Assembly: GCA_048538215.1 (NCBI GenBank)
Contig: JBLYPV010000001.1
Span: 333,499-397,498 of the forward strand
Reading direction: 5' to 3'
DNA: 64,000 nt
From: Patescibacteria group bacterium
Lineage (GTDB): Bacteria; Patescibacteriota; Minisyncoccia; Phycocordibacterales; GCA-2747955
The position numbers and the translations under genes are program-made. Of this stretch, positions 36,794 to 46,644 are shown piece by piece (the first letter of the stretch is position 1; the number at the start of each line of letters is the position of its first letter). The notes beneath the pieces were generated by a model, which saw nothing but the letters and a program-made list of their open reading frames with translations, searched no databases and was not told the origin of the DNA.

Positions 36794-38062
36794 CATGGAA
36801 TAAAAGAACAGCTTGGAATAGACGAGGTGGATGAAAATTTAGATTTACCAGAAGGCAAAGAACACGATGATGACAAAAAAAAGCATGGTGGAAAAGAAGA
36901 TCAACATAACGACATCTTAAAAAAAGAGGATTTAGCAAAGAAAGGAGGCGGAGATAAAAAAGACGGAGAAACTGGTGAGGGAGATAAAGGAAAGCCAAGC
37001 GAGGGTAAGTGAAAAGATGGAGAAGCTGGACACGGAGAGGGAGAAAAAGGCGAAGCAGGTAAAGGTAAAGGTGATAAGGGAGAGGCTGGCGCAGGAAAAG
37101 GAGACAAAGGTGAACCCTCTGGCATGGGACAGGGCGGAAAAGAGGGCATGGAAAATAAAGACGAAACAGGGTTACCTCCTGAATCCGCAGAAGCCGAACA
37201 AAAAAAAGTAAGCCAGGAAGGATTTTTAGTGGGCGGAGGCAAGAGCAAGTCAATCTATGCCGAACGAGTACAAAATTCCCTCATTACACACGAAGGAGAA
37301 AGCTTAACAAAAAAGGATATTGAAGAAAGAGAAAAAAGAGTTGAAAAAGTTGATCGTCGCGAGCGTTATGAAGCACGACCAGACAAAGCAAGTATGCGTG
37401 AGGTTATTAGGAGCTTACGCAGAATCATTACTGATGTATCAGAAGTCAAAAGTAGTGATGTTGATCTAAAAAGAACAGTCAAAAACTTTGCTCGTCGTGA
37501 TTTTTGATTTGACTATGAACGCGAAAGAGAAAAACAACCTGAGGTGGTTTTACTTATTGATGTAGGTGGGCCAGTAGATGAATGGAGTCCGCTAATGAAA
37601 GAAGTTGCCGAGGAAATGGCAAAAGGTCTAACGAAACTTGAAGTTTACTTATTCCATAATAATCTCTATGGATATGTATGGAAACCAGACCCAAAAGATT
37701 TACTTGCCTCTAGTTATGCAAAACCAAATTCGTTGATTGATATAAAAAAGGTAATTAAAAAGAGAAAGAAAGTAATTGTATATGGCGACGCGGAAATGTC
37801 ATACTCTGAATTTGAAGGTGACGGCTGGCCTCCAAGTGGCAACGACGAAAGAGTAGAAAAGTTTGGGATGGGTGGCGATGAGTGTTTAAATTTCATTAAG
37901 AAAAAAGCAGACTCGGTTGTGTGGATCAATCCTGTGTTTGCAAAAGAGTGGGAAGAAAGGGATGACTCGGGAACAATTGGAGCGATTAGTGAGATTGTGC
38001 CGATGCATGATCTAACTGTAGGTGGTGTGGAGGATGCAATTAAGGAGCTGATGAAGAAATAA
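36794..38062 (+). pseudogene. 5'-truncated CoxE-like VWA protein with two in-frame TGA codons
   Basis: ORFs 36827, 37124 and 37544 share one frame, separated only by TGA at 37010 and 37505; LLIDVGG, FHN, YGDA, WINP motifs; Gly/Glu/Lys-rich linker. Confidence 0.7.
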
Positions 38063-38237
38063 AGGGAGCTTCCGCTTGCGCGCGCATGGGTGGGTTGGGG
38101 CAAGCGCATATAGATTTACTTGTGACATTCGGACATTCGCTAGGGTGGCGGAAAGTGCTCGTGGTGTAATATAGGCTCAAATGAAAGCCTTAAATGGGTA
38201 GAGAGACTTGAATTTGTGGAGAAAAACCTTGGGGCTT

Positions 38238-38816
38238 TCATCTATCAAAAATTTTTTCAATAGTAGACTCAATATACATTCCCACTCCGTGCGCAATTTC
38301 CGCCCACGCCATTGCCAATGCTAGAAATATAAGACTCTCCCCTGGTACCCCCTGATACTCCAAGCCCAAAGATGCTATTTGTGATTGAACAATATTGCCA
38401 CCAAACAAAGCAAGAGCAAAAAGTGACACTAGTAGATACTGCGCATCATTGATCATCTCTATATAAAATAGCTTTATACGCCCTCGATAGGCAGCGAGAG
38501 CGCTATCAAATCCAGCAAAGCCGATAATCCAGCCGATAGCTGTATAAAACCATAAGCTCTCTTGATAGCCAAAATATATTATCGCTGCGCCAATGATAGT
38601 CATCACAAATCCTAGCATAATCACTCCTCCCCTATTCATCCCCCAACGCATAATAGCTCCCTGCAAAATCATTCGGAGAATCCGTGCTGCCAAAATACCA
38701 TACACCCAAGTAAGGAGAATGCTAATCATCACTGGTGAAACCACCGTAGGAAATATCCATAGCAGGGTGAGTGCTGTAGCGATAACAAAGGTCGTACTGT
38801 CAATATATCGACTCAT
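38238..38816 (-). CDS. hypothetical membrane protein
   Basis: 192 aa, about 6 hydrophobic segments. Confidence 0.7.
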   Translation of the reverse strand: MSRYIDSTTFVIATALTLLWIFPTVVSPVMISILLTWVYGILAARILRMILQGAIMRWGMNRGGVIMLGFVMTIIGAAIIYFGYQESLWFYTAIGWIIGFAGFDSALAAYRGRIKLFYIEMINDAQYLLVSLFALALFGGNIVQSQIASLGLEYQGVPGESLIFLALAMAWAEIAHGVGMYIESTIEKIFDR

Positions 38817-38874
38817 GCTGTAAATATAAGTAATAGCTGTATCCTAGCATAGAGGCTTGATTCTGTCTGATAAC

Positions 38875-39828
38875 TTATTCCCCTTGATGCTCTTCGAGGG
38901 CACGTTGCATTTCTTTTCCGGTAAGGGCCTGTACTCGCTTTTCTATTGGAGGGTGGGTAGACACCAAACGGCGAAAGCTATCTTTAATAGAATCTGCTCC
39001 TAAAAATGGATTAGCAATAAATAAGTGGCTTGTGGCTTGCGATACATTTTGCAATGGCTGTGCGTGCGACTGAATTTTTATAAGTGCCTGAGCTAGCCCT
39101 TCTGGATAGCGTGTAAGCAAAGCTCCACTGGCATCGGCGAGATACTCTCTCTTGCGTGAAACGGCTGCCTGAATAAGCTTGCCTATTAGAGGAGAAAATA
39201 TTGCGAGGGCAAAGACTATCAGTATCGTCACCCCCGCTGCAGGCCCACCCTCCCCTGATTTGTGGGAGCCAAGCATTCCCATACGCATAAATATATCAGC
39301 AAGCAAAGCTATAAAGCCAATCATAATCACTACAATTGTGCCTACCAAAATATCACGATTACCTATATGAGAAATTTCGTGTGCCACCACTCCTTCAAGC
39401 TCAGCATCATTAAGTATCTCGAGTAGGCCCGTGGTAAATGCCACCGACGCATGCTCTGGATTACGCCCTGTAGCAAAGGCATTGGGAGCAGGATCATCAA
39501 TAATGTGTACCCGAGGAGTAGGAATACCAGCAGTAATTGCCATATTCTCTACCATCCGAATGATTCGTAGATGTGATCTATTATTTCTATCAGCTTGATA
39601 TGCCCCTGTGCTCTTTAGGGCAATCTTGTCTGAAAAGTAGTAGCTTGTGATGCTAGAGAATATCGCAAGCACTAAGGCAATGACGACAATAGAAACATCT
39701 TGATACCAATAGGCAAAGACAAAAGCAATTCCTAATACTACTAATCCAAAAGTAAGAATAATAAGCCAAGTGCGTATTATATTTCTTCGTCGTTGGGTGT
39801 AGATACTGGGAATGGTAGCATTTTTCAT
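38875..39828 (-). CDS. htpX: M48 zinc metalloprotease HtpX
   Basis: PNAFATG, HEISH, SRKREYLAD, STHPP. Confidence 0.92.
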   Translation of the reverse strand: MKNATIPSIYTQRRRNIIRTWLIILTFGLVVLGIAFVFAYWYQDVSIVVIALVLAIFSSITSYYFSDKIALKSTGAYQADRNNRSHLRIIRMVENMAITAGIPTPRVHIIDDPAPNAFATGRNPEHASVAFTTGLLEILNDAELEGVVAHEISHIGNRDILVGTIVVIMIGFIALLADIFMRMGMLGSHKSGEGGPAAGVTILIVFALAIFSPLIGKLIQAAVSRKREYLADASGALLTRYPEGLAQALIKIQSHAQPLQNVSQATSHLFIANPFLGADSIKDSFRRLVSTHPPIEKRVQALTGKEMQRALEEHQGE

Positions 39829-39862
39829 AGTATCAATTATCTTGATAAGGAATCCTTTAAGA

Positions 39863-40447
39863 CTAGAACTGTACCTCTACCGCATCGCGTACTTCAGAAT
39901 CCTTAGGAAGCTCAAAATACTCCCGCTCAGCAAAATCACCCAATGAGACAAATAGATTGAAGGGTATTGTCTGAGTGATAGTGTTGAAATCTCGCACCGT
40001 GCCATTGTAGAATCGGCGGGCAGCTTGAATTTTATTTTCGGTATCCTCAAGAGAATTTTGTAGATCAAGAAAATTTGCATCTGCTTTCAAATCAGGATAT
40101 GCCTCGGCTACTGCCATCAGCTTGCCAAGCATTCCTCCCAATCCTGCCTCCGCTCCCGCTAATGCTCCTATGGCTTCTGCTGATACGGTGGAAGCATCTA
40201 TCTCGATCGAGGATGCCTTGCTACGGGCTTCCATTACCTGCTGAAGGGTTTCTTGTTCGTGCTTGGCATAGCCTTTGACTGCTTCTACTAAATTTGGAAT
40301 AAGATCATATCGACGACGAAGCTGAACATCAATATCTGCCCACGCTTCTTCTACTCTATTACGTAGGGTAATAAGATGATTGTACATCAATAGTGCGACT
40401 CCTACGATAACGATAAATCCAAGAATAAGGGCTACTGCTGTATTCAT
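39863..40447 (-). CDS. LemA family protein
   Basis: IDVQLRRRYDLIPNLV, EAYPDLKA, ENKIQAARRFYN. Confidence 0.95.
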   Translation of the reverse strand: MNTAVALILGFIVIVGVALLMYNHLITLRNRVEEAWADIDVQLRRRYDLIPNLVEAVKGYAKHEQETLQQVMEARSKASSIEIDASTVSAEAIGALAGAEAGLGGMLGKLMAVAEAYPDLKADANFLDLQNSLEDTENKIQAARRFYNGTVRDFNTITQTIPFNLFVSLGDFAEREYFELPKDSEVRDAVEVQF

Positions 40448-40567
40448 ATTTATTTATTTTAATTATTAATTATTCTCTTATTGTATCGCTTGGATGGATA
40501 TTTTGCCAGCTACACAAAAAATTGCTACAATGCTTGACACCATTTAGATAGCTGGGTGGTGCGTATT

Positions 40568-40790
40568 GATATATATGCCTGAGTGGTGCAGATTAAATGA
40601 TAGAGGTAGACACGCGTGTCGTAGTATAGGAAATCTTTCACTAAAAATCTGTATCACTGTGGTAGATAGATATATATGCCTGAGTGGTGCAGATTAAATG
40701 ATAGAGGTAGACACGCGTGTCGTAGTATAGGAAATCTTTCATTAAAAATCTGTATCACTGTGGTAGATAGATATATATGCCTGAGTGGTG
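40568..40790 (+). repeat. 101-bp tandem repeat (2 copies plus partial third merging into tRNA-Leu)
   Basis: Units start 40568, 40669, 40770; one mismatch between the full copies; each contains gcctgagtggtg and ggtagacacgc from the tRNA 5' end. Confidence 0.9.
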
Positions 40791-40860
40791 GAATTGGTAG
40801 ACACGCTAGCCTTAGGAGCTAGTGCCTTCGGGCGTGGAGGTTCGAGCCCTCTCTCAGGTA
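40779..40860 (+). tRNA. tRNA-Leu(TAG)
   Basis: gcctgag...ctcaggt-a acceptor stem, ctagc-ctTAGga-gctag anticodon arm, variable arm, GGTTCGAG; CCA not encoded. Confidence 0.93.
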
Positions 40861-41023
40861 CAAATTTGCTCAAAAAGAGTCCGTAGGGCTCTTTTTGATT
40901 TGCAATTTGTATCTGAGAGAGGGGGAGAAAAAAATCGCCGGTATACAAGAGCCGAGGAATCGAGGCTGCTTGTCGGCGATGACGGGGTCGAGACCGAACG
41001 AGGAATCGAGCGAAGGTGGTGAC

Positions 41024-41045
41024 CGAGCCCTCTCTCAGGTACAAA
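41024..41045 (+). repeat. 22-bp duplicate of the tRNA-Leu 3' end
   Basis: cgagccctctctcaggtacaaa identical to 40843-40864. Confidence 0.85.
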
Positions 41046-41109
41046 CAATCATCCTAGGGGTGATTTTTGTTTCCTGAGAAACAACTATATGTATACAGTA
41101 GGGTGAAGG

Positions 41110-41550
41110 CTATCTTGGCAAGATCAAGCACCAGAATGTTACATTCCCAACAGTACACCGATTCCCCATTGAGGTATCCTCTGTGGCAAGAATATCTGCG
41201 GCAAGAATGACATTGTCTCGAGTAGGAGCATAAATATATCGTACACCAGAAAATCTGATGTTTTCTATAGAAATATAATCATCTATTAGCTGATAGAGAC
41301 ATAATTGTCCCTTATACATACGAAATGGCTCACAAAATGGCATATTATTGACCACTGCTGGATAGCTATCATTATTAATATAGTAGACACGCAAAGCTTT
41401 AGCTAAAGTGTACATTTGTTGTTGTGCTTGGGCTTCATGTGCCTGTGCACTATACTGATCAATTCCCTTAATCCACACCCCTACCAAAACTATGATAATG
41501 AGCACAATGAGAAGACTTTCTCCTATTCGTCGTGTTTGTTGTTTGGGCAT
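41110..41550 (-). CDS. pilin/pseudopilin-like protein
   Basis: N-terminal TM helix then amphipathic helix ending AL.VYY..N.SYP (GspG-like), Cys pairs; no canonical GFTLIE. Confidence 0.55.
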   Translation of the reverse strand: MPKQQTRRIGESLLIVLIIIVLVGVWIKGIDQYSAQAHEAQAQQQMYTLAKALRVYYINNDSYPAVVNNMPFCEPFRMYKGQLCLYQLIDDYISIENIRFSGVRYIYAPTRDNVILAADILATEDTSMGNRCTVGNVTFWCLILPR

Positions 41551-41569
41551 ACTGTTAGTACTTTACATT

Positions 41570-42601
41570 TTACACTAATCTTCGCTTTCGATATAGTGGA
41601 TTACGAGACGCACGACGAGAGATATAGCGAGCTATCCTCTTATTAATTTTAGATGGGAGACTATTAAGAACTCGGCAACGAGAGCTACAATATCCATGCT
41701 TAGCACCGTGACATTTATCACAGGCAAGGTGCAGAGCATGACATGGCACATACCCGCAATGATAATACTGATCCGTTTTTTGTTTGTTACACAGGTGACA
41801 ATATGATACGGGCTCTTCGCCGATTCGCTCACCAAGGCGCTCATCAAATACAAAATTAGTCCCCCGAAATTTATTTTCAATTCCCTCCTCTTCTACTTGA
41901 TGGCGATAGCTAATAATTCCTCCCTTAATATGCCGTACATTGCGGAAGCCCTGATGCTTCATCCAAGCCGATGCCTTTTCGCAACGAATACCCCCTGTGC
42001 AGTACAGAGCAATCTTTGTATCTTTTTTATCACTAAATTCCTCACCTACTTTAGCTAATTGCTCTCGAAAGGTATCTACCTGCATACGATGAGCATTCTC
42101 AAAATAACCGATCTCTGATTCATAAGCATTTCGCATATCTATCACCACTGATTCAGGATCATTGATATACTCATTCATCTCTTTTGCGCTTAAATAAGCG
42201 CCTGTATTGCTAGGATCAAAGCTTTCATCATCCAAACCATCAGCTACAATTTTTTCTTTTATTTTTACTGTAAGCTTATAAAAGCTAGTGTTATCTTGAT
42301 TAATGGCAATCTTATAAGGAATATCATTGAATTCTGGTATGGATTTGAGATGTGCATCAAAAGTATCCCAATTATCCTTTGGAACATTCATTTGTGCATT
42401 GATTCCTTCGTGTGCTAGATATATCCGCCCCAAACAACCAAGCGTGTACCATTTTTCAAAAAGCTCGTCTCGCACGGTCTCTGGATTATCAATTGGTACA
42501 TATTTATAAAATGAAAGCGTAATGCGCTCAATACCATCATTTGCTACCTCGCGTCTTCGTTCTTCTCGAGATTTGTATTGTTCTCTTTTAGAAATTTTCA
42601 T
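41570..42601 (-). CDS. trhO: rhodanese-related sulfurtransferase TrhO/YceA
   Basis: SFYKY, GRIYLAHEGINAQ, DMRNAYESEIG.F, YCTGGIRCEKAS, FVFDER. Confidence 0.9.
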   Translation of the reverse strand: MKISKREQYKSREERRREVANDGIERITLSFYKYVPIDNPETVRDELFEKWYTLGCLGRIYLAHEGINAQMNVPKDNWDTFDAHLKSIPEFNDIPYKIAINQDNTSFYKLTVKIKEKIVADGLDDESFDPSNTGAYLSAKEMNEYINDPESVVIDMRNAYESEIGYFENAHRMQVDTFREQLAKVGEEFSDKKDTKIALYCTGGIRCEKASAWMKHQGFRNVRHIKGGIISYRHQVEEEGIENKFRGTNFVFDERLGERIGEEPVSYCHLCNKQKTDQYYHCGYVPCHALHLACDKCHGAKHGYCSSRCRVLNSLPSKINKRIARYISRRASRNPLYRKRRLV

Positions 42602-42684
42602 ATTCCAGATATACTACCTAATATAACGCAAAATTCAATCACCTTACACATAATCTCCCACAAAATCATGCTATAATCCGCGCC

Positions 42685-43899
42685 ATGAAAGACGTATTCA
42701 ATTTTGAGATTACTCACTCGGGGCCTCATCTGTCTCGAGCTGGGGTGTACAATACTCCACATGGCAAAATCTACACGCCAGCTTTTGTGACTGTCGGTAC
42801 CAAAGCGACTGTCAAAGGATTGACTCCGGAAATGATCAAAGATTTGGGAGCCCAAGTATTTCTCGCCAATACCTACCATCTGTATCTTGCCCCCGGCGAC
42901 GAGCAAATAGCTCGTCTTGGTGCCTTACATCAATTTACCGGGTGGTATGGCCCCATGATGACCGACAGTGGTGGCTTTCAAGTGCTTTCTCTTGGGGCGG
43001 CCTTTGGCACTAATGTATCAAAGATTGCCAAAGATGATTCTGGCTACACTCAAAGCTCCATCAATGAGAATACTAAGGCTCGGGCTCGAATAAGCGAAGA
43101 TGGGGTGGAATTTCGCTCCATTCGAGATGGCTCACTACACTTTTTTACTCCAGAAAAATCAATGCAGATACAGCAAAATTTAGGAGCTGATATTTATTTT
43201 GCTTTTGATGAATGTACCTCTCCACAAGCAGATTATGGGTATCAAGTAGAAGCAATGAATCGCACCCATCGCTGGGCCAAGCGAAGCCTAGACGAACATC
43301 AACGCCTTGAAGCTCTCAAGGGCAACAGCCGACCACCTCAAGCATTATTTGGCGTTGTCCAAGGGGGTAGACATCCTGAATTACGCAAAGAATCTGCCGA
43401 GCTCCTCGGCTCTATGGATTTTGATGGCTTTGGAATTGGAGGGAGTTTTGATAAAGATGATATGGAAAGTGCTGTGGGTATTGCTTGTGCACATTTACCT
43501 AAAGATAAGCCTCGTCATTTACTAGGAATTGGTGAGCCCATTGATTTATTCCTTGGTGTCGAACAAGGAATCGACCTTTTTGATTGTGTGGCTCCGACCC
43601 GCATGGCTCGACACGGTGGAGTGCATACCCGTGATGGCAAAATCAATCTTAAATCAAAAGACAATCGAAGCTATGTAGGGCCGATTGATGCCGAATGTGG
43701 CTGTTATGCCTGTAAGCGCTTCTCTCGCGCCTATATTGCCCACCTCTTACGAGAGAAAGAAATGCTCGGTGCTACCCTTGCCTCGATACACAACCTATAT
43801 TTTATCAATCATCTTGTAGCAGATATTCGCCAATCAATTATTGATGAAAAATTTTATGAATTCAAGAATCAATTCCTCAATCGATATTATGATAATTAA
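42685..43899 (+). CDS. tgt: tRNA-guanine transglycosylase
   Basis: TPAF..VGT.ATVK, TDSGGFQV, FDEC, VQGG, FDCVAPTR, C.CYAC, HNL. Confidence 0.96.
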   Translation: MKDVFNFEITHSGPHLSRAGVYNTPHGKIYTPAFVTVGTKATVKGLTPEMIKDLGAQVFLANTYHLYLAPGDEQIARLGALHQFTGWYGPMMTDSGGFQVLSLGAAFGTNVSKIAKDDSGYTQSSINENTKARARISEDGVEFRSIRDGSLHFFTPEKSMQIQQNLGADIYFAFDECTSPQADYGYQVEAMNRTHRWAKRSLDEHQRLEALKGNSRPPQALFGVVQGGRHPELRKESAELLGSMDFDGFGIGGSFDKDDMESAVGIACAHLPKDKPRHLLGIGEPIDLFLGVEQGIDLFDCVAPTRMARHGGVHTRDGKINLKSKDNRSYVGPIDAECGCYACKRFSRAYIAHLLREKEMLGATLASIHNLYFINHLVADIRQSIIDEKFYEFKNQFLNRYYDN

Positions 43900-43930
43900 A
43901 AAGTCGGGAATTGAATTCCCGACTTTTTAA
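43896..43930. terminator. bidirectional terminator overlapping tgt and prfA stops
   Basis: ttaaaaagtcgggaatt-g-aattcccgactttttaa. Confidence 0.7.
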
Positions 43931-44913
43931 TCATCCTCACTTTCTTCATATTCCTCAATAGCGCTAATAATTGGGCCAATATCACCATCAAGAATTTTTT
44001 CTATATTTGACCATGATTTTTTGATACGATGATCGGTAATTCTGTCTTGGGGGAAATTATAAGTACGAATTTTTTCACTTCGGTCTCCTGTGCCTACCTG
44101 TTTTTTTCGGTGAGCTGCGTATTTTTCTTCGTGAGCTCTGTCCTGCATTTCTTGTAATTGTGAAAGTAAAAGCGACATTGCCCTCTCATGATTTTTTAGC
44201 TGAGTACGCTCAGCGGTGGATCGTACAGAAATTCCTGTGGGCTTGTGTGTGAGTCGTACAGCTGACTCTACCTTGTTTACATTTTGTCCCCCAGCTCCCC
44301 CCGATCGAGAAGTCTCTCGCTCGATATCGGCATCATCTATTTTTACTGTAATGCGCTTTTTGACGGGCATAATAGCTACGGTGACCGTAGAGGTATGCAC
44401 TCGGCCATTCTTTTCGGTAGCAGGAATACGCTGTACGCGATGTACACCTGTCTCGTGTCGTAGCTTTTTATAGCAATCGAGCCCTTTGACTTCAAACATA
44501 GCTTCTTTGTATCCGCCAGCCTCATTCATTGATGTATCACTCAATCGCCATTGCCATCCTTGGCTAAGGACATACTTTTCATACATCTCGGCAAGTTCTG
44601 TGGCAAAAAGTGATGCTTCATCACCCCCTGCTCCCGCACGAATTTCTAAAACAAGCTCATTAGGAAATCGTTCTTCTTCCTTTTCGCTTGCTTCAATGTG
44701 CTTGATTTGTTCTTCAATGCCTTGCAACTGCTCGTTGATTGTCGCAATATCTTCTTCTGCCATTTCTGCCATTTCTGTATCCTCTGCCAATTCTTGTGCC
44801 TCAGCTTTTTCTGTCTCTAGACGCAGATATTCATTAGCAAGAAAAGCAGTCTTAGGATTATCCAAGAAGCGAGATACATCAAATACATTGTCTTGGTCTT
44901 CTTTTTGTGTCAT
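43927..44913 (-). CDS. prfA: peptide chain release factor 1
   Basis: [21 protein letters not shown] (PAT), [17 protein letters not shown]. Confidence 0.95.
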   Translation of the reverse strand: MTQKEDQDNVFDVSRFLDNPKTAFLANEYLRLETEKAEAQELAEDTEMAEMAEEDIATINEQLQGIEEQIKHIEASEKEEERFPNELVLEIRAGAGGDEASLFATELAEMYEKYVLSQGWQWRLSDTSMNEAGGYKEAMFEVKGLDCYKKLRHETGVHRVQRIPATEKNGRVHTSTVTVAIMPVKKRITVKIDDADIERETSRSGGAGGQNVNKVESAVRLTHKPTGISVRSTAERTQLKNHERAMSLLLSQLQEMQDRAHEEKYAAHRKKQVGTGDRSEKIRTYNFPQDRITDHRIKKSWSNIEKILDGDIGPIISAIEEYEESEDD

Positions 44914-44953
44914 AGTAGGCGAAATTATAGCACATAGTGATTATAATAAAGAG

Positions 44954-45742
44954 ATGAAGCACAACAACACCTCACAAAAACAAGAGCATTACTGGCTTCT
45001 AACTGAGAAATATAATGGTGTAGCAACGCCTGAGTATTATAATGATGTGGTTCGACTAGAATCAGGAATGCCTGTAGACTTTCTTATCGGCTACCGAGAA
45101 TTTTTGAATTGCCCCATTGATCTCTCTTATCGCCCGCTCATTCCCCGCAATGAAACAGAGTTTTGGACGCAAGACATCATCACTAAATATAAAAAACAAA
45201 AAAGCTCGACTTCTCAGGCGGTGCGGGTCTTAGATATCTGTGCAGGCTCAGGCTGTATCGGAATTGCCCTACTCGCTCACCTCCCCAAAATACAAGTAGA
45301 CTTTGCTGAATATAATCCTCAATTTATTAAGCAAATACATAAAAATTTAGAGCTCAATAAGATAGATCCAGAGCGCTACCATATCTATCAATCAGATATG
45401 TTTACACAGGTAAGAGGATCGAGCCACCCACTATATGATTTGATTGTCGCCAATCCTCCCTATATTGCTCGCAATAGAAAAGATACTGTGCAACAAAGCG
45501 TGCATCATTTTGAAGATCACGGCTCGCTTTACGCGGATGACGATGGCTTGGAATATATCAAGGTGATAATAAGTGCCTTGCCCCGCTATCTTGCCCCTGG
45601 TGGTGAATGCTATATTGAGTATGATTCATGGCAAACACATCTTATCACCACATACCTCGATACCTACCACCCCACTCTTAGGTATCGCATCCTACAAGAT
45701 CAAAATGAAAAAGACAGAGTGGTACATATCTATTACAAATAA
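44954..45742 (+). CDS. prmC: release factor glutamine methyltransferase PrmC/HemK
   Basis: LIPRNETE, LDICAGSGCIG, NPPYI; start taken at ATG 44954 (upstream part of the tracked ORF is antisense prfA). Confidence 0.9.
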   Translation: MKHNNTSQKQEHYWLLTEKYNGVATPEYYNDVVRLESGMPVDFLIGYREFLNCPIDLSYRPLIPRNETEFWTQDIITKYKKQKSSTSQAVRVLDICAGSGCIGIALLAHLPKIQVDFAEYNPQFIKQIHKNLELNKIDPERYHIYQSDMFTQVRGSSHPLYDLIVANPPYIARNRKDTVQQSVHHFEDHGSLYADDDGLEYIKVIISALPRYLAPGGECYIEYDSWQTHLITTYLDTYHPTLRYRILQDQNEKDRVVHIYYK

Positions 45743-45809
45743 ATAATCTATACCAACAATAAAAACTCGTCTGATAGACGAGTTTTTATAGATTGTTTCA
45801 CTGTAATTA

Positions 45810-46067
45810 CTATTTTTTTTCAGCCTTATCCATTCGTTGTTTGAATCGTTCGACGCGTCCGCCACTATCCATTACCTTTTCGGTACCAGTATAGAAGGGA
45901 TGCGAAGCACTGGAGACTTCTACTCGATATAATGGGTATTCTACACCATTAGTCCAAGTGCCTTTCTCTTCTGTCTCCACGGTAGAGCCAATCAAGAATT
46001 GAGCTTCTACAGCTTTGTCTTCAAAAATGACAGGGCGATAATTTTGTGGGTGAATATCTGCTTTCAT
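45810..46067 (-). CDS. rpmE: 50S ribosomal protein L31 type B
   Basis: MKADIHPQNYRPVIF, SSASHPFYTG, GRVERF. Confidence 0.95.
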   Translation of the reverse strand: MKADIHPQNYRPVIFEDKAVEAQFLIGSTVETEEKGTWTNGVEYPLYRVEVSSASHPFYTGTEKVMDSGGRVERFKQRMDKAEKK

Positions 46068-46071
46068 GGTA

Positions 46072-46626
46072 CTAAGCGTTAGTGTCTTCTAATTCTTTTT
46101 TAAAAGGAATACCTAAGTGCTCGAAATAGGCGATTGCCTCTTCTCTGCTTGGGGCGGTAGTGACTATTGTAACAGCCATACTAAAGACATCTCGGATGTC
46201 TTCATCTCCTGTTTCTGGGAATATAGTGTGCTCTTTGATCCCAATAGTGAGATTACCCATCTCATCTACGCTGGTGCGAGCAATCCCCCGGAAATCTTTG
46301 GTACGTGGCAAAGCAATATGAATGAGCTTATCAAGCATATCGCGAGCTCGTTGGCCAGAAAGGGTGACCTTGAATCCAGCTGTGTCTCCCTCACGAATTT
46401 TGAATTGAGCAATCGATTTGCGTGCAGGGCTTGGAGCAATCTTTTGTCCTGCAATACGAGCCATTCGATCCTCGATTACACCCATCTTGTGAGCATCATG
46501 ACGAATGCGCCCTACCCCAGTAGAGAGTACTACCTTATCAAGGCGTGGGCATTGCATCACATTGGTATAGCCAAATTGATCTTTGAGTGTCTCGAACGCT
46601 GTTTGTTGTTGTTCTTGTACTTGCAT
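46072..46626 (-). CDS. rplE: 50S ribosomal protein L5
   Basis: IAGQK, ARKSIAQFKIREG, LPRTKDFRG, IFPE. Confidence 0.96.
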   Translation of the reverse strand: MQVQEQQQTAFETLKDQFGYTNVMQCPRLDKVVLSTGVGRIRHDAHKMGVIEDRMARIAGQKIAPSPARKSIAQFKIREGDTAGFKVTLSGQRARDMLDKLIHIALPRTKDFRGIARTSVDEMGNLTIGIKEHTIFPETGDEDIRDVFSMAVTIVTTAPSREEAIAYFEHLGIPFKKELEDTNA

Positions 46627-46644
46627 AATACTACTGGATTATTC

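Larger units (their letters stand above)
33847..38200. mobile_element. decayed genomic island at tRNA-Ser
   Basis: Abrupt AT-rich composition in 34.1-36.7 kb, recombinase remnant, R-M genes, attC-like site, truncated gene; right boundary approximate. Confidence 0.65.

Noticed and set aside
36670-37253. Minus-strand Pro/Ser/Leu-rich ORFs
   Set aside because: Antisense shadows of the purine-rich low-complexity VWA linker.
38063-38237. attR copy of the tRNA-Ser 3' end closing the island
   Set aside because: No direct repeat found; only a 7-bp inverted match (tggcgga), expected by chance.
40568-40790. Possible CRISPR array
   Set aside because: Units are 101-bp near-identical tandem copies with no variable spacers, and there are no cas genes in the window.
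40742-41077. Four short ORFs over tRNA-Leu
   Set aside because: Translations of tRNA and repeat sequence.
44486-44953. N-terminal part of the 418-aa ORF
   Set aside because: Antisense shadow of prfA; PrmC plausibly starts at ATG 44954.
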